Assembly (NCBI GenBank): GCA_963764625.1
Contig: CAVXTH010000007.1
Location: 255,250-319,249 of the forward strand
DNA: 64,000 nt
Origin: Candidatus Krumholzibacteriota bacterium
GTDB lineage: Bacteria; Krumholzibacteriota; Krumholzibacteriia; JAJRXK01
Reading direction: 5' to 3'
Shown: positions 1-8,024 of the stretch, piece by piece
Numbering within the stretch: position 1 is the first letter of the stretch
Layout of the letters: the number at the start of each line of letters is the position of its first letter
Made by a program: the position numbers and the translations under genes
Notes under the pieces: generated by a model
The model's database searches: none
What the model was told of the DNA's origin: nothing
Seen by the model: only the letters and a program-made list of their open reading frames with translations

Positions 1-135
1 ATAGGTGCGGGGTGGGCCCTCCGGCGCGGTCGGTGACTTTTCCTCGCTGCAAGCGCCCAGGCTACCGGCGATCAGGAGGATCGCGGCAAGGCCGAGTAGC
101 TCGAGGCGGTGCGCGTGAGCTGAGAGAGAGTTCAT
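1..135 (-). CDS. Lipoprotein, N-terminal part (runs off window edge)
   Basis: Hand translation from ATG 135: MNSLSAHAHRLELLGLAAILLIAGSLGAC-SEEKSPTAPEG; hydrophobic stretch plus LGAC lipobox; in-frame ATG also at 144. Confidence 0.6.
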   Translation of the reverse strand, partial: MNSLSAHAHRLELLGLAAILLIAGSLGACSEEKSPTAPEGPPRTY

Positions 136-223
136 GGCGGCCATTTTCCATACGCTCACGCAGAATGGACAGGTCTTTCTGGCAGTCTCCCTGGAGTATT
201 GCAGCGTGGGACGCGCCGCACGA

Positions 224-397
224 AGTGGTTGCCGGTTCGGGGTTGGTCCGCACCCGTTCCAAAGTGTTCCGACGTTCGGAGTCGGGCCGGACCCTGTCTG
301 AGTGGTTGCCGGTTCGGAGTTGGTCCGTGTCGGTTCGAAAGTGTCTCGACGTTCGGAGTCGGCCCCCTCGGTTCGAGTCTCTCGACGTTCGGAGTTG
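224..397. repeat. Degenerate tandem repeat, about five units of 36-39 bp
   Basis: Core GTTCGG(A/G)GT(C/T)G starts at 235, 274, 312, 351, 387; 224-289 also resembles 301-366 (77-bp period). Confidence 0.75.
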
Positions 398-611
398 CAC
401 CCCCTTTCTTTCTTCGAGTTTCGAGACTGAATTGTTCATCTTTCTTCACTATCTCCTGGCGCCGAGATCCGGCGGGATTCCATCCCATCCCACCTGGTCA
501 GCCGCGCGCACGCCCACGTTCCGCAGCGCGCGGTCGAACGGGAAATCCTGGGTTTTCGGGGAGGCATTCTCAATCTATACAAATATTAGTTTGGTGCCAG
601 GTCATTTCGAT

Positions 612-704
612 GTGCTGATCGAAGTGCCGGTGACGCTCCTCCTGGTGAGGATCTGTTTGGCGTCGTCGAAGTGGTTCAGGGGAGAAGCGTCCGCATCGGG
701 ATGA
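612..704 (+). pseudogene. acr3: 3'-end remnant of an acr3 paralog
   Basis: [16 protein letters not shown] matches [16 protein letters not shown] of the full acr3 (5246-5293): 15/16 aa, 39/48 nt; continues ASSKWF...stop. Confidence 0.8.
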
Positions 705-751
705 GACGATTCACCTCGTCCGGTCAGAACGCATACCTCAGAACGCAGGCC

Positions 752-1432
752 TCAGAATCCAGGCCTCAAAACATACACCCATGAAAGGTACAGGCCCGCG
801 CCCACGAAGAGGACTCCCGTCATGTACCGAAGCGCGCGTCCAAAGACCTCCGCCTTCTGGAAGGCCTGACTCAGCCAGCCAGCTCCAAAGGCCAGCATGC
901 TGGCGAAGATTAGCACCGGAAGCGCGGTTCCCACCCCATAAACTGCGGGAAGAATCCAAGGAGAGGCCGTAGAGGTTGCCAGAGGAAGAAGACTGCCGAA
1001 AAACAACGCCGCGGATACGGGACAAAAGGAGAGCGCGAAAAGAGCACCCAAGAGGAAGGCTCCCCCGCCTCGTCCATGCCGCGCGATCCATCGGCCTCGC
1101 GCTTCCAAGTCGAACGACGGCAACCGAAAGGGGAGTAGATCGAGGAGGATCATCCCCGTCACGATCAAGAGCGGCCCCAAAATTCGGTTGAGGTCGTATT
1201 GCAAGAAGTGTGAGGTGCTCACGGCGGAGAGAAGGCTCAACGTGAGCAGGCCCCCGAGCACGGAATACGCGAAGGAGCGCCCGAGGCTGTACAAGATTCC
1301 GGCACCGAGAGTTCGGATCGGCTTCGCGCCCTCGCCCGTCAACCATCCGACCGCGGCCACGTTGGTGGCCAACGGGCACGGGGAAACCGAGGTCAGAATC
1401 CCCAGCCAAAGAGCAGTGAGTATGGCAGCCAT
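752..1432 (-). CDS. arsG: ArsG-family / CcdA(DsbD_2)-like membrane protein
   Basis: Multi-TM protein with LGILTSVSPCPLATN and ALSFCPVSAALFFG Cys motifs; ars context. Confidence 0.75.
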   Translation of the reverse strand: MAAILTALWLGILTSVSPCPLATNVAAVGWLTGEGAKPIRTLGAGILYSLGRSFAYSVLGGLLTLSLLSAVSTSHFLQYDLNRILGPLLIVTGMILLDLLPFRLPSFDLEARGRWIARHGRGGGAFLLGALFALSFCPVSAALFFGSLLPLATSTASPWILPAVYGVGTALPVLIFASMLAFGAGWLSQAFQKAEVFGRALRYMTGVLFVGAGLYLSWVYVLRPGF

Positions 1433-1434
1433 GC

Positions 1435-1899
1435 TCAGGACTCGGAGCGCATCCAGTTGGCGAGCTCGGTTTGCACGTAGTTGCGGAACTCACTCTCATC
1501 CTCTACGAGCTCCCACACGCGATCCAAGGCGATGAATCGTTTCGTCTGGCTTCCATCGCGTTGGATCAACACCAGGGTGCTATGGGTGAGGCCGAATTCT
1601 TCTCGGAAATGCGCGTTCTCGGGGAGGTCGATGTTCACGGCCTTCCAGTCGAGCGTCCCGGAGGACAGCTCGTTGTCGAAGCCGCTCCGGATGGCGGCTT
1701 TCGCCTGCGCCTCGATCGCACGGCAGGTTTCGCATCGGATGTTTCCGTGGAAATAGTAGGCCGCGTAGGAGATTCCCGACTGGTTGCCGGCTTGAGTGGA
1801 TGGGGCTAAGGAATGGGGTTGCTTCGGCCAGAACACCACGGCCAGAGTTGCGACCACTACCGCGAGCAGTACGATCTGCGCAACGCGCCGGGGATTCAT
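1435..1899 (-). CDS. arsF: ArsF-family membrane-anchored thioredoxin-like protein
   Basis: N-terminal TM; YYFHGNIRCETCRAIE CxxC motif; directly upstream of arsG-like gene. Confidence 0.7.
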   Translation of the reverse strand: MNPRRVAQIVLLAVVVATLAVVFWPKQPHSLAPSTQAGNQSGISYAAYYFHGNIRCETCRAIEAQAKAAIRSGFDNELSSGTLDWKAVNIDLPENAHFREEFGLTHSTLVLIQRDGSQTKRFIALDRVWELVEDESEFRNYVQTELANWMRSES

Positions 1900-2141
1900 G
1901 AAGAGACCTTCGCGTTCAAAAGTTCTTTGATCTTCTCGACCGACAAGACCTTGCCTACCGTCTGGACTTCACCATCGAGGACAAGACTCGGGGTCATCAT
2001 GATGCCAAACGAAAGGATCTCATCTATCTTGGTGATCTTCTCGATCTGGCAATCGCAGCCGAGCTCTTCCACCGCACGCTGGGCGTGTTCGGTGAGCTTG
2101 ATGCACTTGGGACAACCCGTCCCGAGGATCTGAATCTTCAT
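1896..2141 (-). CDS. Small redox-active disulfide protein (thioredoxin_3 family), 81 aa
   Basis: MKIQILGTGCPKC...GIMMTPSLVLDG; true start 2141 (ATGA overlap with arsP stop), not 3179. Confidence 0.9.
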   Translation of the reverse strand: MKIQILGTGCPKCIKLTEHAQRAVEELGCDCQIEKITKIDEILSFGIMMTPSLVLDGEVQTVGKVLSVEKIKELLNAKVSS

Positions 2142-3328
2142 GACTGAACTCCGTTCATGATCAGGTTTCCGTAAACCAAGCCCGCGATGGTGGAAAGCAC
2201 GACCACCAAGAGGACGTAGGTGATCGTCTTTTTTGTTCCCACCACGCTGCGAATGACCAACATGTTGGGGAGACTCAAGGCAGGTCCTGCCAGCAGGAGC
2301 GCGAGCGCGGGTCCGTTGCCCATTCCGCTGCGCAAGAGTCCGTCGAGAATCGGGATTTCCGTCAGCGTCGCGAAGTACATGAAGGCCCCGGCGACCGAGG
2401 CGAAGAGCGTGGCGAGGAATCCTTCGCCGCCCACGGACCGCGCGACCCAGTACGAGGGAACGAGCCCTTCTGAACCCCCGGGCCGGCCCAACAACAGTCC
2501 GGCCACGAGAACTCCCACCAGCAGCAGGGGCAGAATCTGTTTCGCAAAGCCCCACGTCTCGCCGAACCACGAGTGAAGTTCGTCGCGCGCGAATCCACGG
2601 GAGAGGGCCAGCACGAGCGCAACGCCGAATACGGCCACGATCCAGCCCCGGTTTGCGTAGATTGCAGCCCAAGTTCCCGTCTCCGATTGCGGGCGACCCC
2701 AGTTGGCGAAGACCAGAATACCGACCATGGCAACGAACCATAGCAAGGTTCGCCAACGGGGGCGCTCCTCCTCCTCCTCGACCGCGGCCTCCGCTTGCTT
2801 GACGCGGTGCTGGGAATCTTCCCGAAAGATCAGGCTCATCGATACCCCGACCACGACGCTGAAGAGGACCGCGCCGATGGCCCGCGCCAGTCCGAGCTGC
2901 CAGCCCAATACGCGCGCCGTCAAAATGATGGCGAGTATGTTGATCGCGGGACCCGAGTACAGGAATGCCGTGGCTGGTCCAAGACCCGCGCCGCGTTTGT
3001 GAATGCCGGCGAAGAGAGGAAGCACGGTGCAGGAGCAAACCGCAAGGATCGAACCGGAGACCGCAGCCACGCCGTAGGCCATTACCCGGTTGGCCGTCGG
3101 TCCAAGGTAGCGCATGACCGAGGCCTGGTTGAGGAAGACAGCAATCCCACCGGCGATGAAGAACGCGGGGACCAGGCACAGGATCACGTGTTCACGGGCG
3201 TACCACTTTGCCAGTTGCAGGGCTTCGAGAACCGCAGTATCGAAACGGATCGCGCCGACCGGAAGCCAATAGAAAACTGCGAAGACGGTGAGCGCTATAC
3301 CCAGAATCTTTAGCTCGCGACGTGGCAC
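2138..3328 (-). CDS. arsP: ArsP/DUF318 permease
   Basis: LAVCSCTVLPLF, AFLYSGPAIN, FMYFATLTEIPI, LLAGPALSLP motifs. Confidence 0.85.
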   Translation of the reverse strand: MPRRELKILGIALTVFAVFYWLPVGAIRFDTAVLEALQLAKWYAREHVILCLVPAFFIAGGIAVFLNQASVMRYLGPTANRVMAYGVAAVSGSILAVCSCTVLPLFAGIHKRGAGLGPATAFLYSGPAINILAIILTARVLGWQLGLARAIGAVLFSVVVGVSMSLIFREDSQHRVKQAEAAVEEEEERPRWRTLLWFVAMVGILVFANWGRPQSETGTWAAIYANRGWIVAVFGVALVLALSRGFARDELHSWFGETWGFAKQILPLLLVGVLVAGLLLGRPGGSEGLVPSYWVARSVGGEGFLATLFASVAGAFMYFATLTEIPILDGLLRSGMGNGPALALLLAGPALSLPNMLVIRSVVGTKKTITYVLLVVVLSTIAGLVYGNLIMNGVQS

Positions 3329-3639
3329 GACTTCGCTCCCTCTCCCTCGCGGGCGAGCACCTCTTCGACGCAGCCGAAGACCTCGAGCACGCAGGGTACT
3401 CGCAGCCGATAAAAGATTTGCTGACCACGGCGCTCGCTCGACAACACCCCGGCGGCGCGCATCAGGGAGAGATGCTTGGAAACGGTCGAAATGTCGTCGC
3501 CAATGCGCTCGGTCAGGTCGCAGACGCAGCGTTCACCAGCGGCCAATTCCTCCACGAGAAAGAGGCGGGTGGGGTGGGCCAGGGCCTTCAGAATTCGTAC
3601 GCGGGAGCCGTAGCGCTTCGCGAGTTGAGTGGTCGGCAT
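3310..3639 (-). CDS. arsR: ArsR/SmtB family repressor
   Basis: LKALAHPTRL...ERCVCDL...STVSKHLS HTH. Confidence 0.9.
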   Translation of the reverse strand: MPTTQLAKRYGSRVRILKALAHPTRLFLVEELAAGERCVCDLTERIGDDISTVSKHLSLMRAAGVLSSERRGQQIFYRLRVPCVLEVFGCVEEVLAREGEGAKSCHVAS

Positions 3640-3653
3640 CGAGGACCTCCTGA

Positions 3654-3691
3654 GATATTTGGTAATATTGCCAAATATCCGCGCTTGTCAA
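3654..3691 (-). promoter_or_regulatory. Probable ArsR operator and -35 of the leftward ars operon
   Basis: Near-perfect 26-bp palindrome GATATTTGG-TAATATTG-CCAAATATC (3654-3679); minus-strand TTGACA at 3691-3686. Confidence 0.75.
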
Positions 3692-3753
3692 GTACGAGAT
3701 CGATCGGCGGACCGTGCCCGGCACCCGATCGGAAGTGCCCGAAGTGCGAGTGT

Positions 3754-3797
3754 TTGACTCCCTGGACCTCTTATTCTATAATTCCAGAATTATGGAA
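3754..3797 (+). promoter_or_regulatory. Sigma70 promoter and operator of arsR-acr3
   Basis: TTGACT(3754)-17 bp-TATAAT(3777); inverted repeat TTCTATAATTC-CA-GAATTATGGAA (3774-3797) covers the -10 and the start codon. Confidence 0.8.
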
Positions 3798-4139
3798 ACT
3801 AAGTCTGCCCTCCGGATCCTTTCAGCCCTGGCCCAGGAAACGCGCCTCGCGGTCTTCCGGTTTCTGGCCCGCGAGGGCGGGGTGGGGGTCTCGGCCGGTG
3901 AGATCGCCGGGGCCCTTTCCGTGCCCGCAACCACCCTGTCTTTCCATCTCAAGGAACTCTCGCAGGCCGGATTGGTCGAAGCCCAGCGCGAGGGGCGCTC
4001 CATTCGCTATGCGCTTCGCGCCGATCGGATGCGGGAGTTTCTCGGCTTCCTCAGCGACGACTGCTGCCAGGGCCATCCAGAGCTGTGCCTGCCGCTCACG
4101 GATCTGCAGTGTGGGCCCGGCAAGAAGGGAGATCGATGA
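3792..4139 (+). CDS. arsR: ArsR family repressor with C-terminal CC motif
   Basis: [19 protein letters not shown]...TLSFHLKEL...[11 protein letters not shown]; start 3792 just after the -10. Confidence 0.9.
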   Translation: METKSALRILSALAQETRLAVFRFLAREGGVGVSAGEIAGALSVPATTLSFHLKELSQAGLVEAQREGRSIRYALRADRMREFLGFLSDDCCQGHPELCLPLTDLQCGPGKKGDR

Positions 4140-5323
4140 CCACTGAGGCTTGCATCACGAAAGAGCCCCAAGGCCTTGGGGTCTTCGAGCGCTACCTGAC
4201 GGTGTGGGTACTGCTTTGCATTGGCCTGGGAATTCTGCTCGGCCGCTTTGCTCCCGGCTTTGCACACACCCTCGATGGAATGACGCTGAACGTGGGCGGC
4301 GCACCGGTGATCTCCCTGCCGATCGCGGCCTGCCTGTTCTTCATGATGTATCCCATCATGGTGAAGATCGATTTCGGCGAAGTGCTACGCGCTGGCCAGA
4401 ACGTCAAGCCGGTGGCGCTGACCCTCGTCGTGAACTGGGCTATCAAGCCCTTCACCATGATCGCGCTCAGCAGTTTCTTCTTGGGGTTCGTCTTCTTGAA
4501 GTTCATCGGACCCGACGCGATCGACACCGTGAAATTGCCCTTGGGACTGAACCTCGGTGTTGGAGCGAACTACGGGGACGGCACCGTGGTTCTCGTCCAC
4601 GGCGTCAAGATGCTGGCAGTGCCGCTGTGGCGCAGCTATCTGGCCGGCTGCATCCTGCTGGGAATCGCGCCCTGCACGGCCATGGTGCTGGTGTGGGGCT
4701 ATCTTGCGCGCGGCAACGATGGCCATACGCTCGTGATGGTCGCGATCAACTCGCTCGCCATGCTCGTTCTGTACGGACCGTTGGGAGGGTTCCTGCTGGG
4801 GGTGGGACGACTGCCAGTTCCCTGGCAGGCGCTGTTTCTTTCCATCTCGGTGTACGTCGCGCTACCACTTGTGATGGGCTACCTCTCGCGACGTTGGATC
4901 GTCAGGGCGAAGGGCGAGGAGTGGTTCCAGCAGCGCTTTCTGCACCTCTTGACGCCCATCACCATCGTTGCCCTTTTACTCACCCTCGTTCTGCTGTTTT
5001 CGTTCAAAGGGGAAGTCATCACGAGCAACCCTCTCACGATTCTGTGGATCGCGGTGCCGCTCTTCGTGCAAACCATGCTGATCTTCACCATCACCTACGC
5101 TGCGGCGCGCTGGCTCAAACTGAGTTATCGGGATGCTGCGCCGTCGGCCCTCATCGGAGCGTCGAATCACTTCGAAGTGGCCATCGCGACCGCGGTCATG
5201 CTCTTCGGTCTCTCATCGGGCGCGGCATTGGCCACCGTGGTGGGCGTGTTGATCGAGGTGCCGGTGATGCTCCTGCTGGTGCGGATTTGCCTCAATACTG
5301 GCGGTTTAGCCCAAAATCGTTAA
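4136..5323 (+). CDS. acr3: ACR3 arsenite efflux transporter
   Basis: [53 protein letters not shown]. Confidence 0.95.
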   Translation: MTTEACITKEPQGLGVFERYLTVWVLLCIGLGILLGRFAPGFAHTLDGMTLNVGGAPVISLPIAACLFFMMYPIMVKIDFGEVLRAGQNVKPVALTLVVNWAIKPFTMIALSSFFLGFVFLKFIGPDAIDTVKLPLGLNLGVGANYGDGTVVLVHGVKMLAVPLWRSYLAGCILLGIAPCTAMVLVWGYLARGNDGHTLVMVAINSLAMLVLYGPLGGFLLGVGRLPVPWQALFLSISVYVALPLVMGYLSRRWIVRAKGEEWFQQRFLHLLTPITIVALLLTLVLLFSFKGEVITSNPLTILWIAVPLFVQTMLIFTITYAAARWLKLSYRDAAPSALIGASNHFEVAIATAVMLFGLSSGAALATVVGVLIEVPVMLLLVRICLNTGGLAQNR

Positions 5324-5372
5324 GGTAACGACTCTGGATTCATGAGACCGGCAAACGCCTTGGAATCGCCTG

Positions 5373-5398
5373 CCCGCTTCCGTATGGAGGCGGGTTTT
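5373..5398 (+). terminator. Intrinsic terminator after acr3
   Basis: CCCGCTTCC-GTAT-GGAGGCGGG-TTTT. Confidence 0.65.
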
Positions 5399-5468
5399 GT
5401 CGTGCTCAGGACACCGACTCCGTGTGGGGGCGGGGTCTCCCTCCTCGAGCCCAAAGTGGAGCAACTCA

Positions 5469-5894
5469 TTGACCGACGAGACCGCGAGTGTCCGCATCCG
5501 CAAGGTACTGAACCGCTTGGACCAACTTCTCGAGGCGTGGCGCGCCGAGCAGGACGACAGTCAGTGGATCAAGAGAGTGAACGAGTGCCTCGAAGAACTC
5601 GAGCAAGCGTTGGGCGATGACGCCCCATTGAAAGCGCAATTTCTCAAGGAAACAACTCGTTCGTATCCTCGGCTCACGCCGATTTGCGCGGCCTTCTACG
5701 AGGACGGGAGGAAGCTCTTGATTCAGGCAACCGTAGTCGTCCGACTTTCCGCTAGAAGCTATGAACAGACCGTTGGCTCAACCACGGTACTGCGCGCGGC
5801 AACGGCCTCTCTCGTGGAAGCAGTGAAGCAATACCGGCACCTTGCATCGGAGATCACTGTAGAGGCAGGTCATGACATCGGGGGGGAAGGGTAA
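5469..5894 (+). CDS. Hypothetical alpha-helical protein, possibly hemerythrin-like
   Basis: TTG start after GGAG; amphipathic helices; ends HDIGGEG. Confidence 0.45.
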   Translation: MTDETASVRIRKVLNRLDQLLEAWRAEQDDSQWIKRVNECLEELEQALGDDAPLKAQFLKETTRSYPRLTPICAAFYEDGRKLLIQATVVVRLSARSYEQTVGSTTVLRAATASLVEAVKQYRHLASEITVEAGHDIGGEG

Positions 5895-5989
5895 TACACG
5901 ATTTGACCCCGTCGGGGCCACGTTCTCCGCATCTCCGGCACTGTGATCAGCAGGATTGGGCAGGACCGAGACTCTACCTAAAGCCTGTG

Positions 5990-6121
5990 CTATTTCTCTT
6001 TCTTCAGCGGCTCCGGTGGATCTGGGTGGGCCTTGGCGAAGGCCTTGGCCTTCTTCTGATTTTTCTGCACAGCATCCTGCTTCCTATTCCGTTCCTTGGA
6101 TTTTGGTGACTTATCGCCCAT
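5990..6121 (-). CDS. Small Lys-rich protein, 43 aa (below ORF-track cutoff)
   Basis: MGDKSPKSKERNRKQDAVQKNQKKAKAFAKAHPDPPEPLKKEK; GAGGTGG RBS 6 nt upstream. Confidence 0.6.
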   Translation of the reverse strand: MGDKSPKSKERNRKQDAVQKNQKKAKAFAKAHPDPPEPLKKEK

Positions 6122-6542
6122 GCGGTTCCACCTCTGGCTTGGGAAGTCGTGACATACGCATTTCCAAGATACCCTCAGTCAGGAGAAAACGCCTCGAAGT
6201 TCTCAATGGTCGATGCTACCCGTGCGAACCAGTCGAAAGCGCCCGATACAGATCGCGGCGGTGGGGAGCGAACAGCTCCGTCAGGCATGTATCACGCCCG
6301 TAGCCTTCTGGCCGGGTCGCCGTATGTTCATTAATATCATTGCGTTGCAACCAAAGCCCAGAGCCAGAGATGAGAGCCACGAAAGTAGCGTTTTCGGATC
6401 ACGGAGGAGTGTGGTCGGTTTTCGCTCCAAAAATGCCTTCGAGTGCTCCAGAATTGGTGCGTTGCCCTGCGAAATGGGTGAAAGTGGTCGGAGGCGCGGG
6501 GCCGAGATCCTTCGTGGCTCCGAGAAGCCCAGAAAGGAACGC

Positions 6543-7199
6543 ATGACGAAGACGCAGGTTCTGCTCATTGAGGACAACCGGCTGTTGCGAGAGGGCATCG
6601 CCGCGATGCTGGATGAGCAGGGCGATTTCGAGGTCGTCGCCGTGGCGGAGGATGGCGATGCGATTCAAAATCTCAGGGAATCGGGCCGAACGCCGGACAT
6701 CGTCTTACTCGACCTTGGTCTGGAAAAGGCGAATAGCCTTCAGCTGATGGCCGTTCTCCAGTCGGAACTTCCCTCGGCGCGCATCATCGCCATGGATATT
6801 CTTCCCGAGCAGGTCGACATCGTCGAATTCGTGAAAGCAGGCGGTTCGGGTTTCATTCTGAAGAGTGCGTCCGTCCAGGAATTCGTCGATTCGATCAGGG
6901 CGGTGGCCAGTGGGGACTTGATGCTTCCCTCGGTGCTGACGGCCTCCCTCTTCACGCAGATCGTAGAATCGGCTCTCGATAGCAATGAGCCAAATTTCGA
7001 GAGTGCAATCCAGTTGACCCGGCGCGAGAAGGAAATCGTCGATCTCATCTCCGAAGGAATGAGCAACAAGGAGATCGCCAAGCGACTTCATATTGCCACG
7101 CACACCGTGAAGAGCCACGTTCACAACATTCTGGAGAAGCTCGCGCTGAGATCCCGCCTGCAGATTGCGGCCTTTGCCCGTGGGAAAGAGACAGAGTGA
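6543..7199 (+). CDS. NarL/LuxR family response regulator
   Basis: VLLIEDN..VLLDLGL receiver; LTRREKEI..GMSNKEIA..TVKSHVHNIL HTH; AAGGA RBS. Confidence 0.92.
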   Translation: MTKTQVLLIEDNRLLREGIAAMLDEQGDFEVVAVAEDGDAIQNLRESGRTPDIVLLDLGLEKANSLQLMAVLQSELPSARIIAMDILPEQVDIVEFVKAGGSGFILKSASVQEFVDSIRAVASGDLMLPSVLTASLFTQIVESALDSNEPNFESAIQLTRREKEIVDLISEGMSNKEIAKRLHIATHTVKSHVHNILEKLALRSRLQIAAFARGKETE

Positions 7200-7298
7200 A
7201 GCGCTTCGTCCGCCTCACCCATCTTTAGGACTAGTCCCCATTTCATTCCTACGATTGATGGTGCTGCGTTAGCACCTCCCCTACGCTACAGCGAGAGG

Positions 7299-8024
7299 GT
7301 GAGGCCGCCTTACATGATATTCAGCACGCACTACTACGTATTGTCGCTGAGCGCAAAGAGTACCGTTCTCTACGAGGCGTTTCGCGATTCGCTGATCCGT
7401 GTGGAGAATCAGGGTTTCCCTGTCAAGCCCACGATCAACACATCCAAGATCGAAAGGCACAATACGCGACACACACTCATGCGTACGGTCGACAAGTGCT
7501 TCGACTTCTACCATACGCGCGAGCGACTGGGACTTGTCGTCGTGGGCGACGAGGATCTTCAGTCTGCCTTCGATTCCGTCACGACCCACAGGACTGCAGT
7601 CGTGGGGCGAGTGAACGGGGATCGCACCGGCACCCGTGCCAGGGACCTGGGGCAGATTGTCTGGCCGGTGGTTAAAGAGCTCATCTCCGGCATGCGCGAA
7701 CGAGTGATGCACGACCTCGATGACTGCTCGCGAGAAGGGTGTGTCGCATCGGGTCTGGTTGCAGTGGTCGCTGCGGCGGGCGGCGGAGTCCAGGGAACGT
7801 TGCTGGTGGAGGATGACTTCCGAGTTCGAGGAAGTCTTGCAACGGGAACTCAGCCGCCCGCCATTTCTCAGGACGTCGATGTCCGCGACGTCAACGACGA
7901 CGCAGTGGACGCGGTGATCGAACAGGTGCTCGAGTGCGGCGGGAATGTCGTGTTCATGCCTCCGGGTACCTTGGGGGATCGAGGACGGATCGTGTTGTTG
8001 CTCCGGAAAATGAGGGTACCATGA
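7299..8024 (+). CDS. baeRF3-like release-factor-family protein, apparently lacking its N-terminal part
   Basis: YYVLSLSAKSTVLYEAFRDSL..GFP and LLVEDDF...DDAVDAVIEQVLECGGNVVF..G.L....IVLLLR. Confidence 0.55.
   Translation: MRPPYMIFSTHYYVLSLSAKSTVLYEAFRDSLIRVENQGFPVKPTINTSKIERHNTRHTLMRTVDKCFDFYHTRERLGLVVVGDEDLQSAFDSVTTHRTAVVGRVNGDRTGTRARDLGQIVWPVVKELISGMRERVMHDLDDCSREGCVASGLVAVVAAAGGGVQGTLLVEDDFRVRGSLATGTQPPAISQDVDVRDVNDDAVDAVIEQVLECGGNVVFMPPGTLGDRGRIVLLLRKMRVP

Noticed and set aside
224-397. CRISPR array
   Set aside because: Conserved core is only about 11 bp, the intervening sequences resemble each other, and there are no cas genes
2142-3179. Long N-terminal extension of the thioredoxin ORF in the track
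   Set aside because: Out-of-frame shadow of arsP; the recognisable protein starts at 2141
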